Shown piece by piece: positions 17,980-27,823 of a stretch of DNA of 64,000 nt (its first letter is position 1; each line of letters starts with the position of its first letter). Where the stretch lies: IMG/VR virus record IMGVR_UViG_3300033072_000303, positions 1 through 64,000 of that record; one strand, given 5' to 3'. The position numbers were made by a program, and so were the translations under genes. A model generated the notes under the pieces. That model did not search any database. It saw only the letters and a program-made list of their open reading frames with translations, and was not told the DNA's origin. Origin of the DNA: a virus. Its lineage: Duplodnaviria > Heunggongvirae > Uroviricota > Caudoviricetes.

Positions 17980-18055
17980 TTAAGTTAAGTTTAAGCAGAA
18001 CTTGGGTATACTATCTTTACCGCTGAAAGGGAGCTAAACCTATTATATAGCTAGT
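17980..18055 (+). promoter_or_regulatory. Conserved promoter-like intergenic element, copy A
   Basis: 76 nt ttaagttaagtttaagcagaacttgggtatactatctttaccgctgaaagggagctaaacctattatatagctagt. It is 94% identical to copy B. It carries TTTACC..(19)..TATTAT and a TGGGTATACT extended -10-like motif, 37 nt before the ATG at 18093. Confidence 0.45.
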
Positions 18056-18092
18056 AGTATAGTTTCGTTCTGTTAACATTATAAGGATAATT

Positions 18093-18416
18093 ATGAGTAG
18101 TATAGAAGATGTAGTAGTAGAAGAGTTAGAAGACTCTTTAGAGTTAAGATTTGGTAAGTATAGAGTTAGAAGATTAGACGCGTACAATATTGTAGTAGAA
18201 GAAATGAGGATTACTCAGACTGGTGAAAATAAAGGTTCAGAATATCCTGTAAATATAGGTTACTATAAAAGACTGTATAATGCACTTGAAAAAGTACTCC
18301 ACTTTAATTTAGAAGCTAAAGCCATAAAAAGCTTACCAGATGTTATAAGTGCTTTGAAAGAAGCTGAAAAGACTCTTTATAAAGAGTTAGAAACTAAATA
18401 TAAAAATATAATATAA
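18093..18416 (+). CDS. Hypothetical protein
   Basis: 107 aa. RBS TAAGGATAA upstream. Confidence 0.45.
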   Translation: MSSIEDVVVEELEDSLELRFGKYRVRRLDAYNIVVEEMRITQTGENKGSEYPVNIGYYKRLYNALEKVLHFNLEAKAIKSLPDVISALKEAEKTLYKELETKYKNII

Positions 18417-18424
18417 GGACAAAA

Positions 18425-18817
18425 ATGGATAATTTAGAATTTGTAGAAAAGGCATTAAGGACTGAAAGTTCTTCTTTTAAACCACTAGTATCTCCAGATG
18501 GTACACAATATAACACTGAAAGACTATTACATGCTGCTTTAGGTATGCAGACAGAAACTGCAGAGTTCTCTGACGCATTAAAGAAAGCTTTGTTCTATGG
18601 TAAACCATTAGACGTAACAAATCTATGTGAGGAGCTTGGTGACTTATTCTGGTATATGGCTATTGCTGTAAACGAGTTAAAAACTACGTTTAATAAAGAA
18701 CAAGAGAGAGTAATCGCTAAACTTGAGTTAAGATATCCTGATAAGTTCTCAGAGGAAAAAGCAGAGAATAGAGACTTAGAAGCTGAAAGAGCTTTATTAG
18801 AGAGTCATAATGATTGA
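18425..18817 (+). CDS. MazG-like nucleotide pyrophosphohydrolase
   Basis: All-alpha NTP-PPase pattern with acidic ladders: LLHAALGMQTETAEFSDALKK and EELGDLFWYM. Confidence 0.55.
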   Translation: MDNLEFVEKALRTESSSFKPLVSPDGTQYNTERLLHAALGMQTETAEFSDALKKALFYGKPLDVTNLCEELGDLFWYMAIAVNELKTTFNKEQERVIAKLELRYPDKFSEEKAENRDLEAERALLESHND

Positions 18818-18937
18818 TAAAGTTAAAGAGTTTTATTCTAAATTAAATAAACCAGTAGAAGTTACTGGTTTAGATATGGTGTATATCTACTTGGGTTTAA
18901 CTTTGTTATATTTCAGTCAAGCAATTAAAGGATAATT

Positions 18938-19516
18938 ATGATAGTACTAATTCACGGTAAAAAGAGAAGTGGTAAGGATACTTTAGCAGGTATCCTCAAA
19001 GAGTTAGAGCCGAGGTTAACAGTTAAGTCTTTCGCAGGACCTTTAAAAGAGATTACTGCGAAGTCTTTTGATATATCGTTAGAAACTGTAGATTATTTAA
19101 AGAATAACGAAGATATTAAAATAGAATTCACAGACTCTAAAGAAAAGCTGTGCACTGGTAACTCAGTAAGAAACTTTTTACAAAACTTAGGTACTGAAGC
19201 TATTAAACCTATTTTTGGTAATGACGTTTGGGCTAAGTTATTAATAGAAGGTTATAATACACAAACACATTTATTAGTACCAGACTTTAGAGTTATAGAA
19301 GAGTACAATACATTAACAGATGTTTTAGGTAACGATGAAATAATTACTGTTAATATTATAAGACCTGACGCTGAAATATCTGGCGATACTCATATTACAG
19401 AACAGGGTTTAGCTAATTTTAAGTTTGATTATAGCATAGTTAATGAGGGGTCGCTTGACGACTTAAGAGCAGAAGCTACAGAATTTTTAGCGTACTTAAA
19501 AGGTACTATAAAATGA
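18938..19516 (+). CDS. Deoxynucleoside monophosphate kinase (T4 gp1-like P-loop kinase)
   Basis: The N-terminal P-loop LIHGKKRSGKDT resembles T4 dNMP kinase GVKRSGKDT. Confidence 0.5.
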   Translation: MIVLIHGKKRSGKDTLAGILKELEPRLTVKSFAGPLKEITAKSFDISLETVDYLKNNEDIKIEFTDSKEKLCTGNSVRNFLQNLGTEAIKPIFGNDVWAKLLIEGYNTQTHLLVPDFRVIEEYNTLTDVLGNDEIITVNIIRPDAEISGDTHITEQGLANFKFDYSIVNEGSLDDLRAEATEFLAYLKGTIK

Positions 19517-19665
19517 GTATACTGCAAGATTATTATGATAAAGCTGTAATAGGCTTAAAATTATTTCACGAACATAACTTAGAAATGAGAATCAACTTTT
19601 ATGAGTTTCTAGGTATAGTATGTGTTGCTGAAGTTATATCAAGTATATTTAGATAAGGATTAAAA

Positions 19666-20163
19666 ATGGATAAGAACATAAAAGCATTACAATTAAGATA
19701 TAGACTATACGGATTACCTTTGGATTGGTTTGACTGTACATTTGATAATACTGGTTTAAGTAAACCTGAAGCTGATAGGCTAAAAGGTGCTTTTAGTGTT
19801 CTTAGACGAGGTTCTGTATGTTATGTTCAAGGAACTGCAGGACCTATCGCTAATCAGTATTTAGAGATGGGGTTAATAGTTAGAGGAGTAGACGCTTCTA
19901 TATATATTAGTGACCCTTTTGATAAAGAAGAAAAGAAAGGTTTACCAGATAACGCAGATGTTGTATTTATATATAATTGTTATGAGGGCACAACACAATT
20001 ACCTTTAGTACAAAAAGTGCTTAAGAAACTTATTAATAGTTTTGGTGGTGGTACTATGATTGTGTTATGTGGTGATGCTTTAGGGCGAACATTTAGCAAG
20101 GATTACTACCAAGTACAGAATACTTGTAGTATACCTAAGAAAAAGGAGGAAAACTGGCTTTGA
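19666..20163 (+). CDS. Hypothetical protein
   Basis: 165-aa ORF with RBS AAGGATTAAAA upstream. Confidence 0.45.
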   Translation: MDKNIKALQLRYRLYGLPLDWFDCTFDNTGLSKPEADRLKGAFSVLRRGSVCYVQGTAGPIANQYLEMGLIVRGVDASIYISDPFDKEEKKGLPDNADVVFIYNCYEGTTQLPLVQKVLKKLINSFGGGTMIVLCGDALGRTFSKDYYQVQNTCSIPKKKEENWL

Positions 20164-20369
20164 ATATAATAATAAAAGAATTAGAGGGTATTGCTACGTT
20201 TACCCAACAAGACGGTAATATTATTGATTTTAGAAATATAAATGAACATATATTTATTATAGATAGAGGATTAAAAACACTTAAACCAGAGTGTAAATAT
20301 AAAGTAACTATCGAGCTAATTACAGAAACCGTAGAGGAGTGCAATAATGAAAATACTTTGCCTGAGTGA
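20160..20369 (+). CDS. Hypothetical small protein
   Basis: 69 aa with overlapping ends. Confidence 0.35.
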   Translation: MNIIIKELEGIATFTQQDGNIIDFRNINEHIFIIDRGLKTLKPECKYKVTIELITETVEECNNENTLPE

Positions 20370-20985
20370 TACTCACACTATGCACCATAAAATACAATTA
20401 CCAGATTTATCAGATATTGACGTAATTGTTCATACTGGTGACTTTAGTAATAGTGATGAAGCAAGTACTGATGTATTTTTATGTTGGTTTGCTGACTTAC
20501 CAGTACCTTGTAAAGTCCTGGTAGCGGGTAATCACGATAAATATGTTATGCACTACAACGATAGATTTAAAATAAAATGTGCTGTATTAGGCATAGAGTA
20601 TCTACAAGACTCTGGATGTGAAATTAATGGCATTAAATTTTGGGGTACACCTTGGGTTAATCAGTTTTATAACTGGGCGTTTATGATGTACGAAAAAGAC
20701 TTAAGTAAAGTTTATAAGTTAATACCTAAAAACACCGAGATTCTACTGTCCCACGGACCAGCTAAAGGTATACTAGACTTTGTTGATAGAGTAGGTGGAG
20801 GTAATGTTGGAGCTATGACGTTAAAAGAGCGTTTAGCTAAACTGCCTAAACTGAAATACCACATCTTTGGTCATATCCACGAGGGTTATGGTATTTTAGA
20901 TACTGGCAGCTACATAGCAGTAAATGCTTCTTCTGTTACAGAATTATATAAACCAGTTAATCAACCTATAATAATAGAGGTGTAA
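20347..20985 (+). CDS. Calcineurin-like metallophosphoesterase
   Basis: Metallophosphoesterase motifs are in order: LSDTH, HTGDFS, AGNHD, SHGP, GHIHEG. Confidence 0.6.
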   Translation: MKILCLSDTHTMHHKIQLPDLSDIDVIVHTGDFSNSDEASTDVFLCWFADLPVPCKVLVAGNHDKYVMHYNDRFKIKCAVLGIEYLQDSGCEINGIKFWGTPWVNQFYNWAFMMYEKDLSKVYKLIPKNTEILLSHGPAKGILDFVDRVGGGNVGAMTLKERLAKLPKLKYHIFGHIHEGYGILDTGSYIAVNASSVTELYKPVNQPIIIEV

Positions 20986-23300
20986 TGAAAAATATAGTAC
21001 AAGCACAACAAACAGGTCTTTTATGGTTTTTAAAAGATAGCTTAACACAAGAGCAACAAGACAGGATTAAAACATACTATACGTATATTAACCCTAAAGA
21101 CCAAGATAATATTTTTAGTACCTTTATAGAGCTAAAAGATAAGATTGGAGTCCCTTATGGAGATAAAGATAAAATTAGAAACTTACTCCAAGTTGAACTA
21201 GAGGTTCAAGATAACAGGATATCCCCTAAGTTTAAAAAGAAAAAAGTTTCTAAGCTTAAATTACGAGACTATCAAGAGCTTGTTATGAAAGATATAATGA
21301 CATTTATAAATAACAATGGAACATCATTTAATTTATCTGGTGAACCTGGTTGCGTTGATAAAGACACAGAGTTTTTATCACTAGATGGTTGGAAGAAAAT
21401 ATCAGAGTACAAAGAAGGGGATTTAGTAGGTACTTATAAAGATGGTATAGTTGAGTTTGAGAAACCTTTAACTTATATCGTTAAACCTTGTGATAAGTGG
21501 ATTAATTTGTATTCTGGTACTAAACACATAGCACAACTTTCAGAAGAGCATAGAGTTGTTTATAAGACCTCTAAAGGTAATATGGCTATAAAGACTGCTA
21601 GTAACTTATTACAAGATAAAAATAGAGTAAATTTAATCACAAATGCTAATGGTAATAATTTAAAAGGTATAGACTTAAGTGATGACTTAATTAGATTACA
21701 ATGTGCTATCGCAGCTGATGGTACTAAGTTACCACAACCTAATAAGTTTAGACTTAATCTTAAAAAGCAGCATAAAATTTCAAGATTGAGAATATTACTA
21801 AAAAATTGTAAAATAGACTACACAGAGTCATTTAGTAATGTTACTGGATACACAGTATTTTATTTTTATGTACCTGATAGACTAGTTAAAAGTCTCCTAC
21901 CTTTTTATAGTTGTAATACTAGACAACTTAAAATCATAGCAGAAGAAGTTTTATTATGGGATGGCTCACAATCACAACGTACTTTTTATAGTACTATAAA
22001 AGAAGAGGCTGACTTTGTTCAATACTGTTTTACGTTACAAGGATATACTGCTAGTATGGTTATTGATGATAGAATAGGAGAACAGCAGGGTAAATACACA
22101 AGAAAGAGTAAAACATACGAGGTTAGACTAACCAAAGATAGTTCTATAGCTTTAAATTTTAAATCTGTTGGTAGATGTCCAGACACGATATCAGAAGTTC
22201 CTGCTGAGCCTAATGATTTAAAATACTGCTTTACAGTGTCATCTGGTATGTTCTTTATTCGTAAAAATTTAAAAGTACATGTTACTGGTAATTCAGGGAA
22301 AAGTTTCATGTTAGCAAATATATTAGCAAATCTTGGAACTAAAACCCTTATTATTGCTCACTTAAGTCAACTAACAAAACAGTTAGCAAAAGAGATAGAA
22401 GCAGTTCTTGGGTATAAACCTCAGATATTAGATAAAGACACAAAAGAGTTAGCTGATATTAATATAGCGACTTCTCAACTTATATCTAAAAATCCTGATT
22501 TATGGTACCTTATAAAGAAAGGTATAGGTTGTATAGTTATAGATGAAGCAGAAACTCTAGCATCTTTAAGTACATTAAGAATTGTACAAAGAGCTCACGC
22601 TAAATACCATATATTTATATCTGCTACATTCACTAGGTCAGTAGACCATAGAACTGAGGCTTTAATAGATTTTGCTGGACCTAACGTGTTTACACTTAAA
22701 AACCCTGCTCTGTTAAAACCACAAGTTATAACAGTTCAATGTTCAGAAACTTTTACAGCGCCTATGGATACAAAGTTATATAACTTAGCACGAGGTAGAT
22801 TTTATAAACGTGACTCTATATCTGATAAAGTTTTGTTAATTACTAAAGCATCGTTAAGAAAAAATAGACAAGTGCTGATAGCATGTGATGTAGTAGAACT
22901 ACAGCTTAAGTTAAAAGACTTATTGACAGACATTGGTATTAAGTCTGAATGTATTAACTCTGGTACTAAAGCGTCTTTGAGAGATTCTGCGATGGTAGAC
23001 TTTGATAATGGTGACTTACAAGTATTAATTGGTTTTGGTACACTAAATGCTGGTTTAAGTATACCTAAGATTAGTACTATTATAAGAGTCGCTACACCCA
23101 GTTCACAAGAAAAATTAGAGCAACTTATCGGTAGAGCACGAAGAGACTTTGATGGTAAAGACGGAGCATTTGTTATAGACCTTATGTTTCAAGGGTTTAA
23201 CAATGATAGTCGTTTAAAGTTATATAAAAAGAAACGAAGACAAGATGATTGGAAACTTAATCAAACAACTTGGGACGAGTTTGAAAGGAAGATAAAATGA
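20985..23300 (+). CDS. SF2 (DEAD/DEAH, UvsW-like) helicase interrupted by an intein
   Basis: Extein motifs are RDYQ, a Walker A rebuilt as GEPG|SGKS across the insert, VIDEAE (motif II), ISATFTR (motif III) and IGRARR (motif VI). A 314-aa insert starts with Cys and ends with Asn before a Ser at +1. Confidence 0.65.
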   Translation: MKNIVQAQQTGLLWFLKDSLTQEQQDRIKTYYTYINPKDQDNIFSTFIELKDKIGVPYGDKDKIRNLLQVELEVQDNRISPKFKKKKVSKLKLRDYQELVMKDIMTFINNNGTSFNLSGEPGCVDKDTEFLSLDGWKKISEYKEGDLVGTYKDGIVEFEKPLTYIVKPCDKWINLYSGTKHIAQLSEEHRVVYKTSKGNMAIKTASNLLQDKNRVNLITNANGNNLKGIDLSDDLIRLQCAIAADGTKLPQPNKFRLNLKKQHKISRLRILLKNCKIDYTESFSNVTGYTVFYFYVPDRLVKSLLPFYSCNTRQLKIIAEEVLLWDGSQSQRTFYSTIKEEADFVQYCFTLQGYTASMVIDDRIGEQQGKYTRKSKTYEVRLTKDSSIALNFKSVGRCPDTISEVPAEPNDLKYCFTVSSGMFFIRKNLKVHVTGNSGKSFMLANILANLGTKTLIIAHLSQLTKQLAKEIEAVLGYKPQILDKDTKELADINIATSQLISKNPDLWYLIKKGIGCIVIDEAETLASLSTLRIVQRAHAKYHIFISATFTRSVDHRTEALIDFAGPNVFTLKNPALLKPQVITVQCSETFTAPMDTKLYNLARGRFYKRDSISDKVLLITKASLRKNRQVLIACDVVELQLKLKDLLTDIGIKSECINSGTKASLRDSAMVDFDNGDLQVLIGFGTLNAGLSIPKISTIIRVATPSSQEKLEQLIGRARRDFDGKDGAFVIDLMFQGFNNDSRLKLYKKKRRQDDWKLNQTTWDEFERKIK
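21351..22292 (+). mobile_element. Intein with LAGLIDADG homing-endonuclease domain, inserted in the helicase P-loop
   Basis: The N-terminus is CVDKDTEFLSLDGW..EGDLV (Hint block A), with GTKH in block B. Two LAGLIDADG-like motifs are present: LIRLQCAIAADGT and IIAEEVLLWDGSQ. The C-terminus is KVHVTGN|S. Excising it restores GEPGSGKS. Confidence 0.55.
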
Positions 23301-23728
23301 AACTATATGACGAAATACAATCAAAAGATACTATGTATAGTAGCTTCCCAATAAAAGAAACTATGCTAACAGAAGGTAAAACGTACTCTGTAATTTATGT
23401 TGATGGTGGTAAGTTTGCGTTATTTGACGATAACAACCATCATATAGAGTTTTGGGATGTAGAATTTGATGAATACTTTACAAGTGTTACAGAAGATTTT
23501 AATAATCTAATAAAACATCTGGAAATAAGTTGTAAGTTGAATAAAAATATACCTATTAAAATGTATGATTATGTGTTTAAAAATTACAAGAGTTTTAATA
23601 TGATTTATACAAAACTAGAAAATAGAAGCGTAGAAAAATCTTTTGATTCTATAATAATTAAAGACACAGCATATAGTACGAAATTAACTAGCGAAGAACT
23701 TCTAGCTAAATTAAAGGAAACGATATGA
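23297..23728 (+). CDS. Hypothetical protein
   Basis: 143 aa. ATGA-coupled on both sides. Confidence 0.45.
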   Translation: MKLYDEIQSKDTMYSSFPIKETMLTEGKTYSVIYVDGGKFALFDDNNHHIEFWDVEFDEYFTSVTEDFNNLIKHLEISCKLNKNIPIKMYDYVFKNYKSFNMIYTKLENRSVEKSFDSIIIKDTAYSTKLTSEELLAKLKETI

Positions 23729-24783
23729 TAAAAGATAAAATAAAAGAATTAGAGATTGCTCACGATATCAGAGTTATATACTTGATAAAAAGCGGTTCAG
23801 CCCTATATGGTACTAATTCAGATAGTTCTGATACGGATTATATGGGTATTTTTATACCTAGTGCTAGGTCAGTAATGCTGAAAAAAGACCTAGAACATAT
23901 ATGTCTAACTACTGGTGAAGCTAACTCTAGAAACTCTGCAGATGATGAAGACTTACAACTATGGAGTATTTATAAATTCCTACATCTGGTAAAGAAAGGT
24001 GAAACTGGTGCGTTAGATTTATTATTTAGTTTTAACGCTAAACACTCATCTGAAATACACGTAATAAACGACACAATGTACACAGATACGATAACAGAAA
24101 ATATACCTAAGCTTGTATCAAAAAACTTACAAGCTTTTGTTGGTTACTGCCTAGGACAAGCTAAAAAGTACAATATAAAAGGTGAAAGGTATTCTGAAGT
24201 AGAAGTCTTCTATAGAGAATTTAAAGAACTTGAAGTAAAGACTACTAAAAGTTCTTTACATACTATACATAGGACACTAGAAGATATAATAGATAAGGCT
24301 AGGTTTAAATACATTAAGTTAGTAAGGGCAAGAGGACCAAAAAGGTTTACAGAAGAAGATATTTGGTACATTGAAATACTAGGCAGAAAACACGCTTTAG
24401 ATATCTCTATAGCAGAATTCACAGCTCGTATAGACAAACTATTCAACTCTTTTGGAGCAAGAGTTATAGCCGCAGCTGACGGTGTAGACAATAAAGCTTT
24501 AAGCCACGCTACAAGAGTTATCTTAGAGTGTAAAGAGTTACTAGAAAAAGGTTATATTACATTCCCATTACCATCTGCTGAGTTTATTAAAGAAATAAAA
24601 TATCATAAAGACTTAGTTAATGGTACTCCAGAAAATCCTGGATTAACTTTAGAAAGTATTATGGTTTTATTAGAAAGAACTTTAGATGATGTTAATAGGT
24701 TACTAGAAGATTCAGAGTTACCTGATAAAGTATCAGAGGAATTAATAACAGAAATGTTAATAGAAATAATGGAGATAGTATGA
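23725..24783 (+). CDS. Pol-beta-superfamily nucleotidyltransferase (minimal NTase fold)
   Basis: SGSALYGTNSDSSDTDYMGIF fits hG[GS]x(9-13)Dh[DE]h. It is ATGA-coupled to the CCA-adding enzyme gene. Confidence 0.45.
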   Translation: MIKDKIKELEIAHDIRVIYLIKSGSALYGTNSDSSDTDYMGIFIPSARSVMLKKDLEHICLTTGEANSRNSADDEDLQLWSIYKFLHLVKKGETGALDLLFSFNAKHSSEIHVINDTMYTDTITENIPKLVSKNLQAFVGYCLGQAKKYNIKGERYSEVEVFYREFKELEVKTTKSSLHTIHRTLEDIIDKARFKYIKLVRARGPKRFTEEDIWYIEILGRKHALDISIAEFTARIDKLFNSFGARVIAAADGVDNKALSHATRVILECKELLEKGYITFPLPSAEFIKEIKYHKDLVNGTPENPGLTLESIMVLLERTLDDVNRLLEDSELPDKVSEELITEMLIEIMEIV

Positions 24784-26093
24784 TGTTTAACACACCGAAT
24801 GTGTATGTTGTAGGTGGTGCTGTAAGAGATATTCTTATGGGTGTACAACCTAGAGATATAGACTACGTTGCAGTAGGTTTAACTGCACAGCAACTAATAG
24901 ATGATGGTTTCGTTCCTATAGATGCTGAATTCCCTGTTTTCCTTGACCCTAATGATAACTCAGAAGTAGCTTTGGCTCGTAGAGAAAAAAGCACTGGTAA
25001 AGGTTATAAAGACTTTACCACTGACACGTCTGATGTAACTTTAGAAGAAGATTTAAGAAGACGTGACTTAACAATTAATGCTATGGCTATGGATTCTGAA
25101 AAAACTATTATAGACCCATTTGGAGGACAGAAAGACCTACAGTCTAAAATATTAAGGCATACTTCTGACGCGTTCTTTGAAGACCCCTTAAGAGTATTAA
25201 GGTTAGCAAGATTTCAAACTAAGTACCCAGACTTTAGGATTCATGAAAGTACTATAGAAATTGTTAAAGCAAACAAAGACTCGCTTAAAGCTTTGACTCC
25301 TGAAAGAGTACAAAAAGAAATGTATAAAGCTTTAGAGTACAAGTACCCTAGTTTGTACTTTAGAACACTAGAGTTTTTAGGTGTTTTGGATTTAGTTCAT
25401 CCAGAACTTTATGATATGAAGCAATGTATTCAAAAACCTACACATCACGCAGAAGGTGACGTTTTTCTACACTCTATGATGGTATTAGATGAATGCGCTA
25501 AGTTATCTAAGGATGTTAACACTAGATTAGGAGCACTTTACCACGATATAGCAAAACCTATATGCGATGTTAAAAAACAAGGTTTTCATAAAGGTCACGA
25601 TGGTATTAATGTAGTACAACCTTTAGTACAAGAATTAAAAAATAGGTATAAGCTTCCTAATAAAGCTGAGAAGCGTATTGTCCAAGGTGCTTTATTTCAT
25701 ATGAAGCTACACAAATTAAAAGATATGAATTCTAGTACTATTGCAAGTATGTTTAACGATAAGTTCTTTCCAAAAACTAAAGAAGATTTAATTCAGTTAC
25801 TATGTATAAGCGTAGCTGATTCAAGAGGTAGAATCACAATCGGGTATGATAAAGAGGAAGTAAATGTTGATGCTATAGTTAATACTTTTAACGCTATTAA
25901 GGCGTATAGCCCAAAAGCTGAAATTGAAGAATATAACAAAAGACATCTTGATGATGGTAAAACTGCTAATCCAGAACTGATTAAACAAATGATTCATAAA
26001 TACTCTATTAAGTGTGTTGACGCTTGGTTAAGACCTCATTATACTATATCTAAAGATAAACAAGATAACTATACTAAACATCTCTTAAGTTAA
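24780..26093 (+). CDS. cca: CCA-adding tRNA nucleotidyltransferase with HD domain
   Basis: The class II head is VVGGAVRDILMG..RDIDYV. The HD domain is present as HHAEGDVFLHSMMVLD and LYHDIAKP. Confidence 0.75.
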   Translation: MMFNTPNVYVVGGAVRDILMGVQPRDIDYVAVGLTAQQLIDDGFVPIDAEFPVFLDPNDNSEVALARREKSTGKGYKDFTTDTSDVTLEEDLRRRDLTINAMAMDSEKTIIDPFGGQKDLQSKILRHTSDAFFEDPLRVLRLARFQTKYPDFRIHESTIEIVKANKDSLKALTPERVQKEMYKALEYKYPSLYFRTLEFLGVLDLVHPELYDMKQCIQKPTHHAEGDVFLHSMMVLDECAKLSKDVNTRLGALYHDIAKPICDVKKQGFHKGHDGINVVQPLVQELKNRYKLPNKAEKRIVQGALFHMKLHKLKDMNSSTIASMFNDKFFPKTKEDLIQLLCISVADSRGRITIGYDKEEVNVDAIVNTFNAIKAYSPKAEIEEYNKRHLDDGKTANPELIKQMIHKYSIKCVDAWLRPHYTISKDKQDNYTKHLLS

Positions 26094-26160
26094 GTTTAAG
26101 CAAACTTTCGGTAAACTATCTTTACCGCTGAAAGGGAGCTAAACCTATTATATAGCTAGT
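26085..26160 (+). promoter_or_regulatory. Conserved promoter-like intergenic element, copy B
   Basis: Same 76-nt element as copy A, with an identical 3' 45 nt. It overlaps the cca stop and ends 39 nt before the ATG at 26200. Confidence 0.45.
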
Positions 26161-26199
26161 TACTAGCTAATTTTCTAAAAATAATTTATAAGGATAAAT

Positions 26200-27561
26200 A
26201 TGACTCTTTCTATAAGTACTATCTGTAAAATCCTACAAGGGCTAATAGATACAAAAGGTACAAATGATAAAGAAACTTACTTATCTAATGTATGTAATAA
26301 TCCAGAAGTTAAACATCTATTAACTATACTGTTAGATTCTAAGTATACACTAGGTATAAAAAAGTTAGGAGATATTAAAGTGTCTTCTGATAAAACAATA
26401 AGGAATTTTGATGAACTGAAACAACTATTAGATACACTAAATTCTAGTAATATAAATGACTCTTTAAGAGAGCAAGTTATTAAGTTTTTAGGCGGGTGTA
26501 CTAAAGAAGACCAAAGCATCTTAAAAGGTATATTCCAAAAAACCTTAAAATTAGGTGTTACTAGTAAAACGTTCTCAAAAGTATTTAAAGGAGTGATTAA
26601 AGAACATCCTATCGCATTAGCAAAAAGTCCTACTGAAGCAGTACCGCCAATACCTTGTATAGTTAGTACTAAGTACGATGGTATTAGGTACACACAAGTA
26701 AAGGTTGTAGTAAATGAAGATAACTCAGTTGATATAGGTACTGCTCTTACTAGAGACCGTAATGTAATGAGATTTAAAAGGATTGAGAACGGTATTAAAC
26801 AGTTACTTAATAACCAAGTTGGTGAATGGGTTATAGATGGTGAACTAGAAACATTAGATGAAGACTTCGATAAAATCCAAGGAGTAGTTAGCTCTAATAT
26901 AGATAACAAGGTATATGAAGATGGAAATAACCTAAAGCTTACTGTATTTGATATTATTAGATATTCTGATTATATTGGTGAAACTAAATCTAAACCACAA
27001 TCTGAAAGACTAAAAGATTTAAGCAGGTTGTTCATAATAAATAAACCAACTGGTTTAGTGGAAGCTGAACATATAACTGTGTACTCACTAGAAAAGATTA
27101 AAGAACTTACTGATGAAAAAATTAATAAAGGGCTTGAGGGTACAATTATTAAAGACCCAAAAGCAAATTATAAAAAAGGAAAAACATCAGCTTGGATTAA
27201 ACAAAAAGCTATAAATGACTGCACATTAAAATGTGTTGGTGTTACTATATCTGACAATAACAAAAGGGCTGGTAAAGTTGGTGCTTTATGTATGGAGTCA
27301 AGTGATGGTTTAATTAAAGTTAATGTAGGTTCTGGGTTGTCCGACGACTTAGTTGAATTATATACAAAGACACCTCCTATTGGTAAGTTCTTTGATGTAC
27401 TTTTCAACCAAGTTTCTCAGGCAGAGGATTTACAAATGAGTTTAAGGTTACCTAGACTTAAAGGAGCTAGAATTGATGTTGTTGAAGCTGATAGCTTTGA
27501 GAAAATAAAAGCGCAACATATTGGTGCGATGAAATTAAAAGGAGATAAAGATGAAGATTAA
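26200..27561 (+). CDS. ATP-dependent DNA ligase
   Basis: Motif I KYDGIR, motif IV EGTIIKDP and motif V WIKQK, with a T7-ligase-like overall layout. Confidence 0.75.
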   Translation: MTLSISTICKILQGLIDTKGTNDKETYLSNVCNNPEVKHLLTILLDSKYTLGIKKLGDIKVSSDKTIRNFDELKQLLDTLNSSNINDSLREQVIKFLGGCTKEDQSILKGIFQKTLKLGVTSKTFSKVFKGVIKEHPIALAKSPTEAVPPIPCIVSTKYDGIRYTQVKVVVNEDNSVDIGTALTRDRNVMRFKRIENGIKQLLNNQVGEWVIDGELETLDEDFDKIQGVVSSNIDNKVYEDGNNLKLTVFDIIRYSDYIGETKSKPQSERLKDLSRLFIINKPTGLVEAEHITVYSLEKIKELTDEKINKGLEGTIIKDPKANYKKGKTSAWIKQKAINDCTLKCVGVTISDNNKRAGKVGALCMESSDGLIKVNVGSGLSDDLVELYTKTPPIGKFFDVLFNQVSQAEDLQMSLRLPRLKGARIDVVEADSFEKIKAQHIGAMKLKGDKDED

Positions 27562-27823
27562 AGATTTAGTATTAATAGATTTAATAGAGGATAAAGCACT
27601 AGGTATAGCTAGTGAAGTTACTGGTACACTATATACAGCATTTGATGCTTATGATAAAGTACAATTTAATATAGATGCTGATTGTCTTAAAAAGAAGTAT
27701 AAAAGAGAATTTTATGGTAGAGCAGTAATTTTGCTCTCATTAATTAGAGAATTTAATTTAATAACTGATTCTAGATGTTATAATTTATTAAGACACATAG
27801 AAGATACATTTGGACCAAAGTAA
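27551..27823 (+). CDS. Hypothetical protein
   Basis: 90 aa. Overlaps the ligase gene end. Confidence 0.4.
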   Translation: MKIKDLVLIDLIEDKALGIASEVTGTLYTAFDAYDKVQFNIDADCLKKKYKREFYGRAVILLSLIREFNLITDSRCYNLLRHIEDTFGPK

